Assembly (NCBI GenBank): GCA_964230025.1
Contig: CAXRFO010000012.1
Location: 516,136-580,135 of the forward strand
Reading direction: 5' to 3'
From: Flavobacteriales bacterium
GTDB lineage: Bacteria > Bacteroidota > Bacteroidia > Flavobacteriales_D > JAUILH01
DNA: 64,000 bases
A program made the translations under genes and the position numbers. Each line of letters opens with the position of its first letter. Position 1 is the stretch's first letter. Below are positions 40,235 through 51,469 of the stretch, piece after piece. The notes under the pieces are model-generated. The model did not search any database. It saw nothing but the letters and a program-made list of their open reading frames with translations, and was not told the DNA's origin.

Positions 40235-41662
40235 GTGAAGTTTATAATCAGCATAATTATTTTGTTTTCATGGGCCTTTGCTCAGGTAGAATTTAGTGCT
40301 ACCAGTCATGACTTTGGTGAGCTAGAAGCACGTTCTCAACGTTATGTTGATATCCAATTAAAAAACACGGGAAGTAAAAAAGCATATATCCTAAGTATCC
40401 AACATGAAAGAAACGTCAGTTTTTTATATGAGAAAAAATTAATCGCTCCGAATGAAGAAGTTAGTCTGAGGTTGCAAATCAATCAAAATAAAAAGGGCAA
40501 ATTTAAAGAAGAGGTATTGGTTTATACAAGCGCTAGCATGGAGCCAACTAAAATTATTTTGAAGGGAGAAGTTCTGGAAAAGGCCTATGACAGCTCCCCC
40601 GAATGTCCAAGCTTTGAGAATAGTCCCAGTAATGAGGAGAAGGCTTCCTTTGATTTTAGAATTTTGGTGATTGATGACAGTACTGAAAGACCTATTCATA
40701 AAGCAGAGGTAAGTATAGTAGCAAACGGTCAGGTCGCTTATCAATGGTTAAGCGATAGAAGAGGTCAAGTCAATAAAGACTTCCCCCTTGGATATTATTA
40801 CTTTGTTTCTAAAGCCGAAGGATATCTAAATGAAGAATTTCCTGCCTTTGTTAACCGCAGAAATAATGAGTTAGTTATTCGAATGAAGAAGATTTATAAA
40901 CCACCTAAAAAACCGGAAATTCTTTTAGTCGTCAATCAAGAAATTAAAGCGGACAGCAGTGAGATTGAAGAAGAGCTAATTGACAGCTCCTCTTTTGAGG
41001 AAATTGTGCTTGTCCCTCTTCCTCCAAGTCCTGATGTTAAGGATACTATTGTTGAGAAAGTGGATACCCTCTCATTCGAAAATGCTGAATTTAATTATGA
41101 GAACTTTAAGCCCAACAATATTGTCTTTGTGCTTGATATTTCTGGATCAATGAGAAAAGAAGGACGTCTGGACTTATTGAAAAGCTCTATGATTGAAATG
41201 ATAAATATGCTAAGACCAGAGGATAAGGTCTCTATCATTTCTTTTGCGAATGGGTCTGACCCTATACTCAAAGCAACTTATGCAACAGAGGCAAATAAAC
41301 TTATAATGATTAATAAAATCCAAAACCTTAAGTCGGGAGGTGGAACCAATGGTGAGGCAGGAATAAAAAGAGGATATCAAATTGCAAACGAAGAGCGTAT
41401 CGAAAACGGAAATAATCGGGTAATCATAGTTACCGATGGCGCCTTTAATCAGGGAAGCAACGTTTTTGTTAAAACCGCACGACATGAAGCAAAGAAGGAA
41501 ATATACATGAGTGCACTTGCTATTAAAGCCGGGTCATATTCCAAGAGCATGCTTGCTGGACTTGTGAAATATAGTAATGGCCGAATTCTTGATGTCCAAG
41601 ATTTTGACACTGCAATTCAGGCCTTGGTGTTGGAAATTAGATTAGGTAGTTATAAGAAATAA
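40235..41662 (+). CDS. Secreted DUF1573-like / transthyretin-like / von Willebrand factor A domain protein
   Basis: Signal peptide. N-terminal Ig-like domain (FDFGELEA...LKNTGSKKAYIL). Middle transthyretin-like domain. VWA domain with MIDAS motif (FVLDISGSM). Confidence 0.75.
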   Translation: MKFIISIIILFSWAFAQVEFSATSHDFGELEARSQRYVDIQLKNTGSKKAYILSIQHERNVSFLYEKKLIAPNEEVSLRLQINQNKKGKFKEEVLVYTSASMEPTKIILKGEVLEKAYDSSPECPSFENSPSNEEKASFDFRILVIDDSTERPIHKAEVSIVANGQVAYQWLSDRRGQVNKDFPLGYYYFVSKAEGYLNEEFPAFVNRRNNELVIRMKKIYKPPKKPEILLVVNQEIKADSSEIEEELIDSSSFEEIVLVPLPPSPDVKDTIVEKVDTLSFENAEFNYENFKPNNIVFVLDISGSMRKEGRLDLLKSSMIEMINMLRPEDKVSIISFANGSDPILKATYATEANKLIMINKIQNLKSGGGTNGEAGIKRGYQIANEERIENGNNRVIIVTDGAFNQGSNVFVKTARHEAKKEIYMSALAIKAGSYSKSMLAGLVKYSNGRILDVQDFDTAIQALVLEIRLGSYKK

Positions 41663-41694
41663 AAAAAAGGCTCACAGATCTGTGAGCCTTTTAA
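41662..41694. terminator. Bidirectional intrinsic terminator between convergent genes
   Basis: AAAAAAAAGGCTCACA-GATC-TGTGAGCCTTTT: a perfect 9-10 bp stem with a 4-nt loop, flanked by an A-run and a T-run. Confidence 0.7.
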
Positions 41695-41695
41695 T

Positions 41696-44512
41696 TTAAT
41701 CTGAAATTACGGTAATGTATCCACGCAACACCTCATCTCGTTCTTCTACAGTATAGATATAAAGGTATTGTCCATCTGAAAGCTTACTTCCATTCATATT
41801 AGTTCCTTTCCAATCGTTCTGGTAATTGGAAGATTCGAAAACTTTAACTCCCCAACGGTCGAATACTTGCAGGGCATCTTTTTCATAATCAAGCGCACAA
41901 TCAATATAGAGTTCATCGTTCATTGCATCACCGTTCGGCGTAATAATGTTTGGAATTGAACAGGTACAGTTCTCCACGAAAACGTACGCCGTATCTGTAT
42001 GTGTATTACATGAATTTGAAACCGTAAGGATATATTCTCCTGTTTGGTTAACAATTATCGTAGGAGTTGTTTCTCCAGTACTCCACAAGTAAGTCTGATT
42101 AATTGCCTGATTTCCGTTTAACATTAGATCTGAACCTTGGCAAATTGTGTCTCCACTTATATTGGTGTATGCCCAGCTAATAAATTCTACCTCTATTGTT
42201 TTCTCTATCCCGCAAAGGCTATCGGTAAAAGTTAAATTATATGTTGTAAAGTTATTTGTGCTTATCGTTGGCGTCTCATCACCCTCAGATGGGCTAAAGT
42301 TTAATGTATCGCCCGAATTGCCAGAATAAGTCCAATAACCTCCATTTGGAGCGTCAACAGAGCCGGCAGGGAAAGCATATGATAATCCACACATTTCCAC
42401 ATCCGCGGAAGGGAAGGTAATACTTATATTTTCTATTACTGAAGTATCGCTTGCACTTCCACAAGCATTCGTGACCGTAACGATATATACGCCTGCCGTG
42501 TCAACAGAGATGAATGCCGTTGTATCTCCAGTGCTCCATGAAAAGTTTTGGGCTTGCGGATCAGCAGTACCCGGGTCCAGTATAATTGTGGAAATACTTT
42601 CGGAACAAACGAAGGTGTCTGACAAGACTGCCGTTGGTTGATATCCGAAACTCATACTCATCGTATCCATCTCCCCGCAAGGATCTGTGTATATAAGCTC
42701 ATAGCTACCATAGGTGTCAGCTGTCACCGTTGGATGTAGTGTGTTGTTCGAAAAGTTTAAGTTTGAACCAGAAGGTCCAATAAAGGTCCAAGTCCCGCCA
42801 TCTTCACCTTGATTAAATCCATTCGTAATCTGTCCACTGAGGGTGTCACAAAAATCAAATGGCGCCACGGTTAAGGCAAGCGGAGTAGATTGCGAAATCG
42901 TGAAATCTACATCTCCGATACAACCATTTGTATCTACAACAACAAGATTGTGATTGCCTGCTATATAATAGTGACTTGAAACAGTATCCAAGCCAATTCC
43001 CCAATCTAAACTGTCATAAGGCAATAATGTTGAATTAGTTAAATCAAGAGAGATAAGGGTTGAGTCACCCGGGCAAATAAAAAGATTGCCTGCCACTTGA
43101 GGGTCTGGGTTCCCAGTAATTAAGACATTAACCAGCTCCGACTTAAAGCAGCCTTGACTCTGCACAGTAACCCAGTATGTTCCACTAGTATCAGTATAGA
43201 GGGTCGAGTCTGAAGGATCATGGCTCCATGTATAGTCATCATAAGTATAAGCATCTTCTAAGGCTAAGGTAGTATTCTCACAAGCAACCGTGTCTCCCAG
43301 AATCGTAGGATTGAACAGATAATTATTCGTCGTATCTACATGGATGGTTATGCCAACCGTGGTGCTTTGTGAGGGTGTTCCGTCATCCGTTCCAGTAAAT
43401 TCTATATAATGATATCCAGCATTAGAGGCGTCACCAACTATCATAACCCCAATTGACCCAGGATTACCCGGTGAGTTAGATATAACACTTGCCCCTGTCA
43501 TTCCAAAAAAGTTAGCTGTGACAGTGACTGTCTCGCCGTTTTCTGGACCTAAAAAAGAGGGATTAAAAATGAGGGTGTCTCCGTCACCAATGGCACATAG
43601 TTTTACTGTATCTGATCCGCATAAATTACCTCCAGACGCACCCGAATTACCTCCAAGTCCCAAATCTCCAAAAATGGGTGGGATATTTACGTTAGAGCAG
43701 GCGTTGAAAAAAAGACTCTGGTAATCTAACCAATCAACCCCATCGTTAGCCCCGACAGGGCCATCATATGCTGCCCCTGGCTGATCAAAACGACCAAACT
43801 GAATAAAGTCTACACCATTCCCCTTATTAACACCAACAGTTGCAGGGGTTCCACCAAAGCCATTTACACCTTGTGAGGCATCTCCTGTTGTCCATTGCAT
43901 ATCTTCATAACAGAAAGCAATGTTATTTCCATTAGGCACCACGGGGTCTGTTCCATCTGTAATAATTAATTGGAAGGTGTTCAATTTATCACCGTGCTGA
44001 TTGTAGTATCCAACACCGACCCAGTTCACATAAATAGCGGTAGGTGTAACTTTATAAAACACCTGCCCATTACCATTTCGTGTATCTACGTCTCCCCAAA
44101 AAGGAGCTACCATTACATAACTCGCGCTTGGGAAACCTACTGCCGAGAAAGTAGAATAGGGTACATCAAAAGTTACATTACCATTATTGTTGATGTACAT
44201 TTGACCATAGGTGGTCCCATAAAGACAAAAGTTAAATGGAATTGGGATGGCGGGGGTTGACCCGTCGTCATTTGGTCCCATGGCTAAGGTATAAGTTGCA
44301 TCTGGTGCTTGGTAGCAATTACATCCCGATTTTGGACTTCCTGAAGGTTGAATTTGCGGTTTTATTATCCCACCATTAACTTGAACAGGATTGCTAGGAG
44401 CATTGCCTGCTGCCTTCATTTGATTGTATTGAGGACTGTCTACAGTTATTTGAGCATTTGAGCCGTAAATTATAGTCAGTAAGGCAGTCAGTGTTAGGAA
44501 TATTCTCTTCAT
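41696..44512 (-). CDS. T9SS type B sorting-domain cargo protein with an N-terminal NIDO-like domain and Ig-like repeats
   Basis: Signal peptide. APFWGDVDTRNGNGQVFYK NIDO-like motif. C-terminal IITPNGDAMNDELYI...VFDRWGVKVFES matches the gliding-motility-associated C-terminal domain. Confidence 0.85.
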   Translation of the reverse strand: MKRIFLTLTALLTIIYGSNAQITVDSPQYNQMKAAGNAPSNPVQVNGGIIKPQIQPSGSPKSGCNCYQAPDATYTLAMGPNDDGSTPAIPIPFNFCLYGTTYGQMYINNNGNVTFDVPYSTFSAVGFPSASYVMVAPFWGDVDTRNGNGQVFYKVTPTAIYVNWVGVGYYNQHGDKLNTFQLIITDGTDPVVPNGNNIAFCYEDMQWTTGDASQGVNGFGGTPATVGVNKGNGVDFIQFGRFDQPGAAYDGPVGANDGVDWLDYQSLFFNACSNVNIPPIFGDLGLGGNSGASGGNLCGSDTVKLCAIGDGDTLIFNPSFLGPENGETVTVTANFFGMTGASVISNSPGNPGSIGVMIVGDASNAGYHYIEFTGTDDGTPSQSTTVGITIHVDTTNNYLFNPTILGDTVACENTTLALEDAYTYDDYTWSHDPSDSTLYTDTSGTYWVTVQSQGCFKSELVNVLITGNPDPQVAGNLFICPGDSTLISLDLTNSTLLPYDSLDWGIGLDTVSSHYYIAGNHNLVVVDTNGCIGDVDFTISQSTPLALTVAPFDFCDTLSGQITNGFNQGEDGGTWTFIGPSGSNLNFSNNTLHPTVTADTYGSYELIYTDPCGEMDTMSMSFGYQPTAVLSDTFVCSESISTIILDPGTADPQAQNFSWSTGDTTAFISVDTAGVYIVTVTNACGSASDTSVIENISITFPSADVEMCGLSYAFPAGSVDAPNGGYWTYSGNSGDTLNFSPSEGDETPTISTNNFTTYNLTFTDSLCGIEKTIEVEFISWAYTNISGDTICQGSDLMLNGNQAINQTYLWSTGETTPTIIVNQTGEYILTVSNSCNTHTDTAYVFVENCTCSIPNIITPNGDAMNDELYIDCALDYEKDALQVFDRWGVKVFESSNYQNDWKGTNMNGSKLSDGQYLYIYTVEERDEVLRGYITVISD

Positions 44513-44577
44513 GTAATTATGTTGTGCAGTGAAGACGGCCCATTGTTAAAAAGGTTGCACAAAAAAAGGGAAGATGT

Positions 44578-44606
44578 TAAATCCTTCCCTTTTTTTAAAG
44601 TATTGA
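44578..44606 (-). terminator. Intrinsic terminator downstream of the YegP-like gene
   Basis: GGGAAGGATTTAACATCTTCCC hairpin flanked by A/T runs (T-run follows on the minus strand). Confidence 0.55.
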
Positions 44607-44614
44607 AACTCTAA

Positions 44615-44950
44615 TTAAGCTGTCAAATCTTCTACTTTAGCATCAGCAGCATTCTTAGCAACAGAAGCCATTCCGTTTTTTGCTCCACTCTCTGATGCAT
44701 ACATTTGGCTAGAACCAATAACTTGACCATTTCCTGCCTTCAAGTTAAAATGGTACTTACCATTCTTTGCTTCTTTAAGCTCAAATCTTTTTTCGTCACC
44801 AGCATTTTTCTTTACTGATTCTACTCCATTCTCACAAGCAGCTTTGGTCGTATAACCTTCGCTTCCTAGAATATTTTCTCCATTTCCTGCTTTTAAACGG
44901 AAGTAGTATTCTTTACTTTTTTCTGATTGATAAATTTCAAACTTTCCCAT
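44615..44950 (-). CDS. YegP/UPF0339 (DUF1508) tandem-domain protein
   Basis: Two repeats of the F.LKAGNG..I..S..Y....A.NG..SV.KNA pattern. 111 aa. Confidence 0.7.
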   Translation of the reverse strand: MGKFEIYQSEKSKEYYFRLKAGNGENILGSEGYTTKAACENGVESVKKNAGDEKRFELKEAKNGKYHFNLKAGNGQVIGSSQMYASESGAKNGMASVAKNAADAKVEDLTA

Positions 44951-44996
44951 GATCTTTTCTTTTTATAGGGTTAAACTTAATTAATACTTATTATTC

Positions 44997-45443
44997 TTAA
45001 AACAATTTTGAGAACTTCTTTGTGAATCCAGACAACATTTCATTGTCAGTCAAAGATGAAAGAACACCTTCTTTATTATTCATTTTTGCCGAACTTAGAC
45101 CGTTTTGAACTTGTGATAAAAGTTTATCCATAACGCCTGCATCTTTGATTTTAGAAGCAACTCCATCAGGAAGGTTCATTTTTTTTGTCAGATTGTAAAC
45201 GAAATCACCGTTTAATTTCGATTTCATTTTTTCATCTTCCGCGGTATTTTTGTTTTCAGATAAAAGGCTTGCTACTTTTTCTTCACCACCACGCGCCTTC
45301 TCTTTTGTCGTTCTGTACTGAAGTGCGTTAACTGCATACTTGCTAACTTGAGATGCCTGCTCTTTACTGATTCCTACTTTTTGAGCGATATTCTCTATCA
45401 TATCGCTATCTAAATTTTTTGTAATACTGCTTAAATCAAACAT
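44997..45443 (-). CDS. Hypothetical protein (148 aa)
   Basis: ORF with protein-like composition. No recognisable motif. Confidence 0.4.
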   Translation of the reverse strand: MFDLSSITKNLDSDMIENIAQKVGISKEQASQVSKYAVNALQYRTTKEKARGGEEKVASLLSENKNTAEDEKMKSKLNGDFVYNLTKKMNLPDGVASKIKDAGVMDKLLSQVQNGLSSAKMNNKEGVLSSLTDNEMLSGFTKKFSKLF

Positions 45444-45538
45444 GAATAATAATTTGCCTCTAAGTTACTACTAGATGAGCTTTGAATTTTAAATTGCTCG
45501 ATAAAGTGCACATAAAACTCTATAAACGAACAAAAAAG

Positions 45539-47053
45539 CTATGAAATTAGCACGTTACCTGTCATTTCAGGTGCCGGTGGAATACCCATCATATGAAGTA
45601 TCGTGGGGGCTACATCCGCCAGTTTTCCATTTTCTACCTTGTTAACTTTAGGATGAATACATATAACTGGAACTGGGTTTAAAGTATGGGCAGTATGAGG
45701 GCTCCCGTCTGGATTTTTTATGCAATCTGCATTACCATGGTCCGCAATGATCAAAAATGAATAATCTTGTTTTAGACCCTCATTTACTATTTTTTCAAGC
45801 TTCAAATCTACCGTTTCTACCGCTTTTATAACAGCTTCAGGTACACCTGTATGGCCAACCATGTCCGGGTTGGCAAAATTCAGACAAATAAAATCGCTAG
45901 GATCGTTTTTAATCTTTTCAATAATTTTTTCAGATATACAAGGTGCACTCATTTCCGGTTTCAGATCATAAGTGGCCACTTTTGGAGAAGCACATAGCAC
46001 TCTTTCTTCATCCATGTATGGTTCTTCCCTTCCTCCACTAAAGAAAAAGGTAACGTGTGGATACTTTTCGGTTTCTGCTATTCTAATTTGGGTTTTATTG
46101 TTTTTGGATAGCCATTCACCAAGAGTATTAGTTAGATTGTCTTTTTCAAACAGCACCTCAACTGACTCAAAGTTTTTATCATAACGAGTCATGGTGAAGT
46201 ACTCCAAATTTAACTTCTCCATTTGTTGGCTTGGAATATCCTTTTGAGTCAGGGCAATGGTTATTTCACGACATCTGTCTGTTCTAAAATTAAAACACAA
46301 TACGGCATCACCTTCCTTAATTTGCCCAATTACTTTGCCTTGTTCAACAATAACCGTTGGTAGGATAAACTCATCAGTCACTCCATTTTGGTAAGAGTTC
46401 TCTATACAAGCAATAGACGAAGGGGCTGTTTCACCTTTACTGTGCACCATAGCATTGTATGCTTTTGCAATTCGCTCCCAGCGGTTATCTCTATCCATTG
46501 CGTAATACCTTCCAGAAACAGTGGCTACTTTTGCACCACATTCCAAGCATTTTGCTTCAAGCGTTTTAAAATCTTTTAGCGCACTATTCGGATCACAATC
46601 CCGGCCATCTGTGAAGGCATGAACAAATATCTCCTTAATACCCGCAAGCTGAGCTAAACGCATAATTTCAAATAAATGTTCTTGATGGCTGTGCACACCA
46701 CCTTGAGAAACCAACCCCATTAAATGTAGAGGGCGCTTCCGGTTTAAGCAATAATTAAAACAAGCTTGAAGCTGTGGGTTTGCTCCTAATAGGTTTTCTG
46801 CTATTACCTTATTTATTCTTTGAAAATCTTGATAGACAATTCTTCCTGCACCTATATTCAAATGTCCTACCTCAGAGTTTCCCATTTGGCCAGTAGGTAA
46901 GCCAACGTCTTCTCCATAAGTAACCAACTCAGCGTTGGGGTATTTTTTATAAAGTGAATCCATAAATGGTGTATTGGCTATATGGATCGCATTACTATCA
47001 TCTTTCTTTCCATGCCCCCATCCGTCTAAAATTATCAGTGCCGTCTTCCTCAT
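45539..47053 (-). CDS. gpmI: 2,3-bisphosphoglycerate-independent phosphoglycerate mutase
   Basis: N-terminal LIILDGWGHG. 504 aa. iPGM core motifs. Confidence 0.9.
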   Translation of the reverse strand: MRKTALIILDGWGHGKKDDSNAIHIANTPFMDSLYKKYPNAELVTYGEDVGLPTGQMGNSEVGHLNIGAGRIVYQDFQRINKVIAENLLGANPQLQACFNYCLNRKRPLHLMGLVSQGGVHSHQEHLFEIMRLAQLAGIKEIFVHAFTDGRDCDPNSALKDFKTLEAKCLECGAKVATVSGRYYAMDRDNRWERIAKAYNAMVHSKGETAPSSIACIENSYQNGVTDEFILPTVIVEQGKVIGQIKEGDAVLCFNFRTDRCREITIALTQKDIPSQQMEKLNLEYFTMTRYDKNFESVEVLFEKDNLTNTLGEWLSKNNKTQIRIAETEKYPHVTFFFSGGREEPYMDEERVLCASPKVATYDLKPEMSAPCISEKIIEKIKNDPSDFICLNFANPDMVGHTGVPEAVIKAVETVDLKLEKIVNEGLKQDYSFLIIADHGNADCIKNPDGSPHTAHTLNPVPVICIHPKVNKVENGKLADVAPTILHMMGIPPAPEMTGNVLIS

Positions 47054-47928
47054 TGCTTCAACTCAATTTTTATTCGTGTTCCTTTTGGTGAATTCTGTTG
47101 TATTTTCCAGCTTGCTCCCATGGCAAGTAATGTTTGATTTACAATATACAAGCCTAAACCTGTTCCTTTTGTTTTTCTGGTGTTTTCATTTCCTTCCCTA
47201 AAAAACATTTTCTTAGCATCTTCAGGGTCCTCAATACCATCCCCCTTATCCAAAATCTCCAAGATTCCATTATTATTTAAGTGCACAAGAACCTCATCAT
47301 TGGAATATTTAAGGGCATTTTCTACCACATTATTGAGGACAGAATACATGGCGTTACTATCAAAATATGTCTCAACATCTTGCTCCAGTCGTAAAACAAT
47401 TCTTTCAGCATCCTTTTGGTGCTTATAGCCATCATACCATATTGAAAGGAAATTGCTTAGATTTTGTTTTTCTACATGCATCTGAAGACCATCGTTTTCA
47501 ATTTGTGATGCCGTAAGTATGTTGTCAACAAGGCTATTCAATCGATTAACATCTGCCACCGCCTTAGCAAGTAGTTCCTTTTGTTTGTCGCTAGGTAGAT
47601 CGCGTGTCTGAAGGGTTTGCAAGATCAGTTTTGAGGAAGCTACCGGGGTTTTTAACTCGTGTGTTACACTCAGCAAGAAATTCTCTTTTTGTTGCTTTAA
47701 GCTTATTTCTTTACGTATGGACTTACGGAGGTAATAATGCCCAACTAGCAGCAGGATGAAAAACACACTTCCCTCACCAACGATCATAACTATCCTCCGA
47801 GAGGCATCATTTTCATAAACCTGCTGTGAAAGTGAGATAAGTTGGAAAGTCCACCATGCAAACTGCAGGATGATGTAAAAGAGAAGGAAATAAATCCAAA
47901 ATATGGCCCTAGATGGCTTTTGCTGCAT
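47050..47928 (-). CDS. Small membrane sensor histidine kinase with no adjacent response regulator
   Basis: Two TM helices, H-box SVTHELKTPV, HATPase G-boxes (GTGLGLYIV). 4-nt overlap with gpmI. Confidence 0.75.
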   Translation of the reverse strand: MQQKPSRAIFWIYFLLFYIILQFAWWTFQLISLSQQVYENDASRRIVMIVGEGSVFFILLLVGHYYLRKSIRKEISLKQQKENFLLSVTHELKTPVASSKLILQTLQTRDLPSDKQKELLAKAVADVNRLNSLVDNILTASQIENDGLQMHVEKQNLSNFLSIWYDGYKHQKDAERIVLRLEQDVETYFDSNAMYSVLNNVVENALKYSNDEVLVHLNNNGILEILDKGDGIEDPEDAKKMFFREGNENTRKTKGTGLGLYIVNQTLLAMGASWKIQQNSPKGTRIKIELKQ

Positions 47929-47993
47929 GGGCTAAAGTTAGGAAATAAAGAAAGTAGACGTGACTTCTAAAGCTGCCTTATTTGTATCTTAAA

Positions 47994-48557
47994 CTAGACT
48001 TTTAAAATATCGGCTTCTTTTGCATCAACAATAGCGTCAACTTTAGCACCGAATTTATTGGTAAGATCCTGAACAGCGTTTTCTGCATCTTTAACCATAT
48101 CCTCAGGTAGACCGTCTTTGCCTAAATCTTTCACCATATCGTTTGCATCCTTTCTTGCGTTTCGGATGGATACTTTAGCATTCTCACCTTCGGCTTTGGC
48201 CTTTTTTACCAAATCTCTTCTTCTTTCCTCCGTAAGCACAGGAACATTGATGAGTATAAGCTCTCCATTATTCTGTGGAGCCAAACCTAAGTTTGCATTA
48301 ATTATTCCCGTTTCAATATCTCCTAGAACACTCTTTTCCCAAGGCTGAATACTTAAGGTACGAGCATCTAGTGAATTTACATTTGCAACTTGCGACAAGG
48401 GCGTGGGTGAACCGTAATAATCCACCATTACAGAACTCAGCATGCTAGGATTTGCTCTACCTGCTCTAATTTTTGCTAATTCTTTCTCTAAATGTTCGAT
48501 GGAGCCGTTCATACTTTCGCTAGCTTCATCCAATATCATTTGTACGTCCTCAGTCAT
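47994..48557 (-). CDS. frr: Ribosome recycling factor
   Basis: About 187 aa after trimming to MTEDVQ. Conserved RRF sequence (KIRAGRANPSML, LINVPVLTEERRRDLVK). Confidence 0.9.
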   Translation of the reverse strand: MTEDVQMILDEASESMNGSIEHLEKELAKIRAGRANPSMLSSVMVDYYGSPTPLSQVANVNSLDARTLSIQPWEKSVLGDIETGIINANLGLAPQNNGELILINVPVLTEERRRDLVKKAKAEGENAKVSIRNARKDANDMVKDLGKDGLPEDMVKDAENAVQDLTNKFGAKVDAIVDAKEADILKV

Positions 48558-48594
48558 CTTAAAAAAGTTTGTTAAATGTAATAATTTTTTGGTG

Positions 48595-50195
<1,601 letters not shown>

Positions 50196-50207
50196 GATTA
50201 TTCTTTT

Positions 50208-50972
50208 TTAAGCTTCTGCTTCTTTAGTTTCTTCTTCTTTCTTTTCTTCCTTCTCTGCTTTATCAGCTTTCTTATCTTTTGCTGCTTTTCTCTCGTCTAA
50301 GCCTTCTTTTACAGCTTCTGTAACTTCAGCAAGTACAGCGTCAATAGACTTAGTAGCATCATCGTTTGCTGGAATTGGGAAGTCAACCATTCTTGGATCA
50401 GAATTGGTATCAACCATAGCAAAAACAGGAATGTTCAATTTTTTAGCTTCAGCAACTGCAATATGCTCTTTTTTGATATCAACAATAAATAATGCAGCTG
50501 GTAAACGAGTTAATTCAGAAATAGAACCTAAGTTCTTTTCTAATTTAGCTCTTTGACGTGTAACTTGAAGTCTTTCTCTTTTCGATAGAGTATCAAAAGT
50601 ACCGTCGGTTTTCATTTTATCAATTGCAGCCATTTTCTTAATGGCCTTTCTGATAGTTGCAAAGTTTGTTAACATCCCTCCAGACCAACGCTCAGTTACA
50701 TATGGCATGTTAGCTGCTTTAACTCTGGTTTCGATAACCCCTTTTGCTTGTTTTTTGGTCGCAACGAAAAGAATTTTCTTTCCTGATTTTGCGATTTGCT
50801 TCATTGCAGCTGAAGCTTCATCTAACTTCTTAACTGTTTTGTTAAGGTCGATTACGTGGATTCCTTTTTTCTCAGTGAAAATGTAAGGAGCCATTGCTGG
50901 GTTCCACTTTCTTTTTAGGTGACCGAAATGTGCTCCGGCTTCTAAAAGTGTCTCAAATCTTTTGTCTGACAT
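50208..50972 (-). CDS. rpsB: 30S ribosomal protein S2
   Basis: Conserved S2 sequence (FEAGAHFGHLKRKWNP). Lys/Glu-rich C-terminal tail. Confidence 0.95.
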   Translation of the reverse strand: MSDKRFETLLEAGAHFGHLKRKWNPAMAPYIFTEKKGIHVIDLNKTVKKLDEASAAMKQIAKSGKKILFVATKKQAKGVIETRVKAANMPYVTERWSGGMLTNFATIRKAIKKMAAIDKMKTDGTFDTLSKRERLQVTRQRAKLEKNLGSISELTRLPAALFIVDIKKEHIAVAEAKKLNIPVFAMVDTNSDPRMVDFPIPANDDATKSIDAVLAEVTEAVKEGLDERKAAKDKKADKAEKEEKKEEETKEAEA

Positions 50973-51007
50973 TTTTTAATTTTTCGTGATTTACTTTCCG
51001 TTAACTA

Positions 51008-51056
51008 TATTAAACAAACAATCGCTGAGTAGCCGCAAAGCAGATCTCAACGATTT
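51008..51056 (-). terminator. Stem-loop in the rpsI 3-prime / rpsB 5-prime region; candidate rplM-rpsI terminator and/or rpsB leader structure
   Basis: Inverted repeat CAATCGCTGAG / CTCAACGATTG (10 bp, one mismatch) with a 16-nt loop, followed on the minus strand by a U-rich tract. Confidence 0.4.
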
Positions 51057-51081
51057 GGATGCTAAATCCACGCCCCAAGTT

Positions 51082-51468
51082 TTAACGCTTAGAGAACTGG
51101 AATTTCTTACGTGCTTTCTTCTGACCTGGCTTCTTACGCTCAACCATTCTTGGATCACGTGTCATTAAACCTTCCGCTTTCAATGAAGGCTTCATCGCTT
51201 CATCCACTTTTACAAGTGCGCGAGAAATACCTAAACGAATCGCTTCAGCTTGACCGTTGATTCCACCACCATCAACATTCACAGTAACATCATATTTACC
51301 TTGAGTCTCTGTTAAGTTAAATGGTTGATAGATTTTAGCCTGTGTAGTTGCCATTGGGAAGTAATCTGCTAACTCACGGTTATTGATTGTTACTTTCCCT
51401 TTACCTGCTTTAAGGTAAACTCTGGCTACAGAAGTTTTTCTTCTTCCTAGTGTATTAATAATTTCCAT
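51082..51468 (-). CDS. rpsI: 30S ribosomal protein S9
   Basis: [10 protein letters not shown] motif and C-terminal [17 protein letters not shown]. Confidence 0.95.
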   Translation of the reverse strand: MEIINTLGRRKTSVARVYLKAGKGKVTINNRELADYFPMATTQAKIYQPFNLTETQGKYDVTVNVDGGGINGQAEAIRLGISRALVKVDEAMKPSLKAEGLMTRDPRMVERKKPGQKKARKKFQFSKR

Positions 51469-51469
51469 C

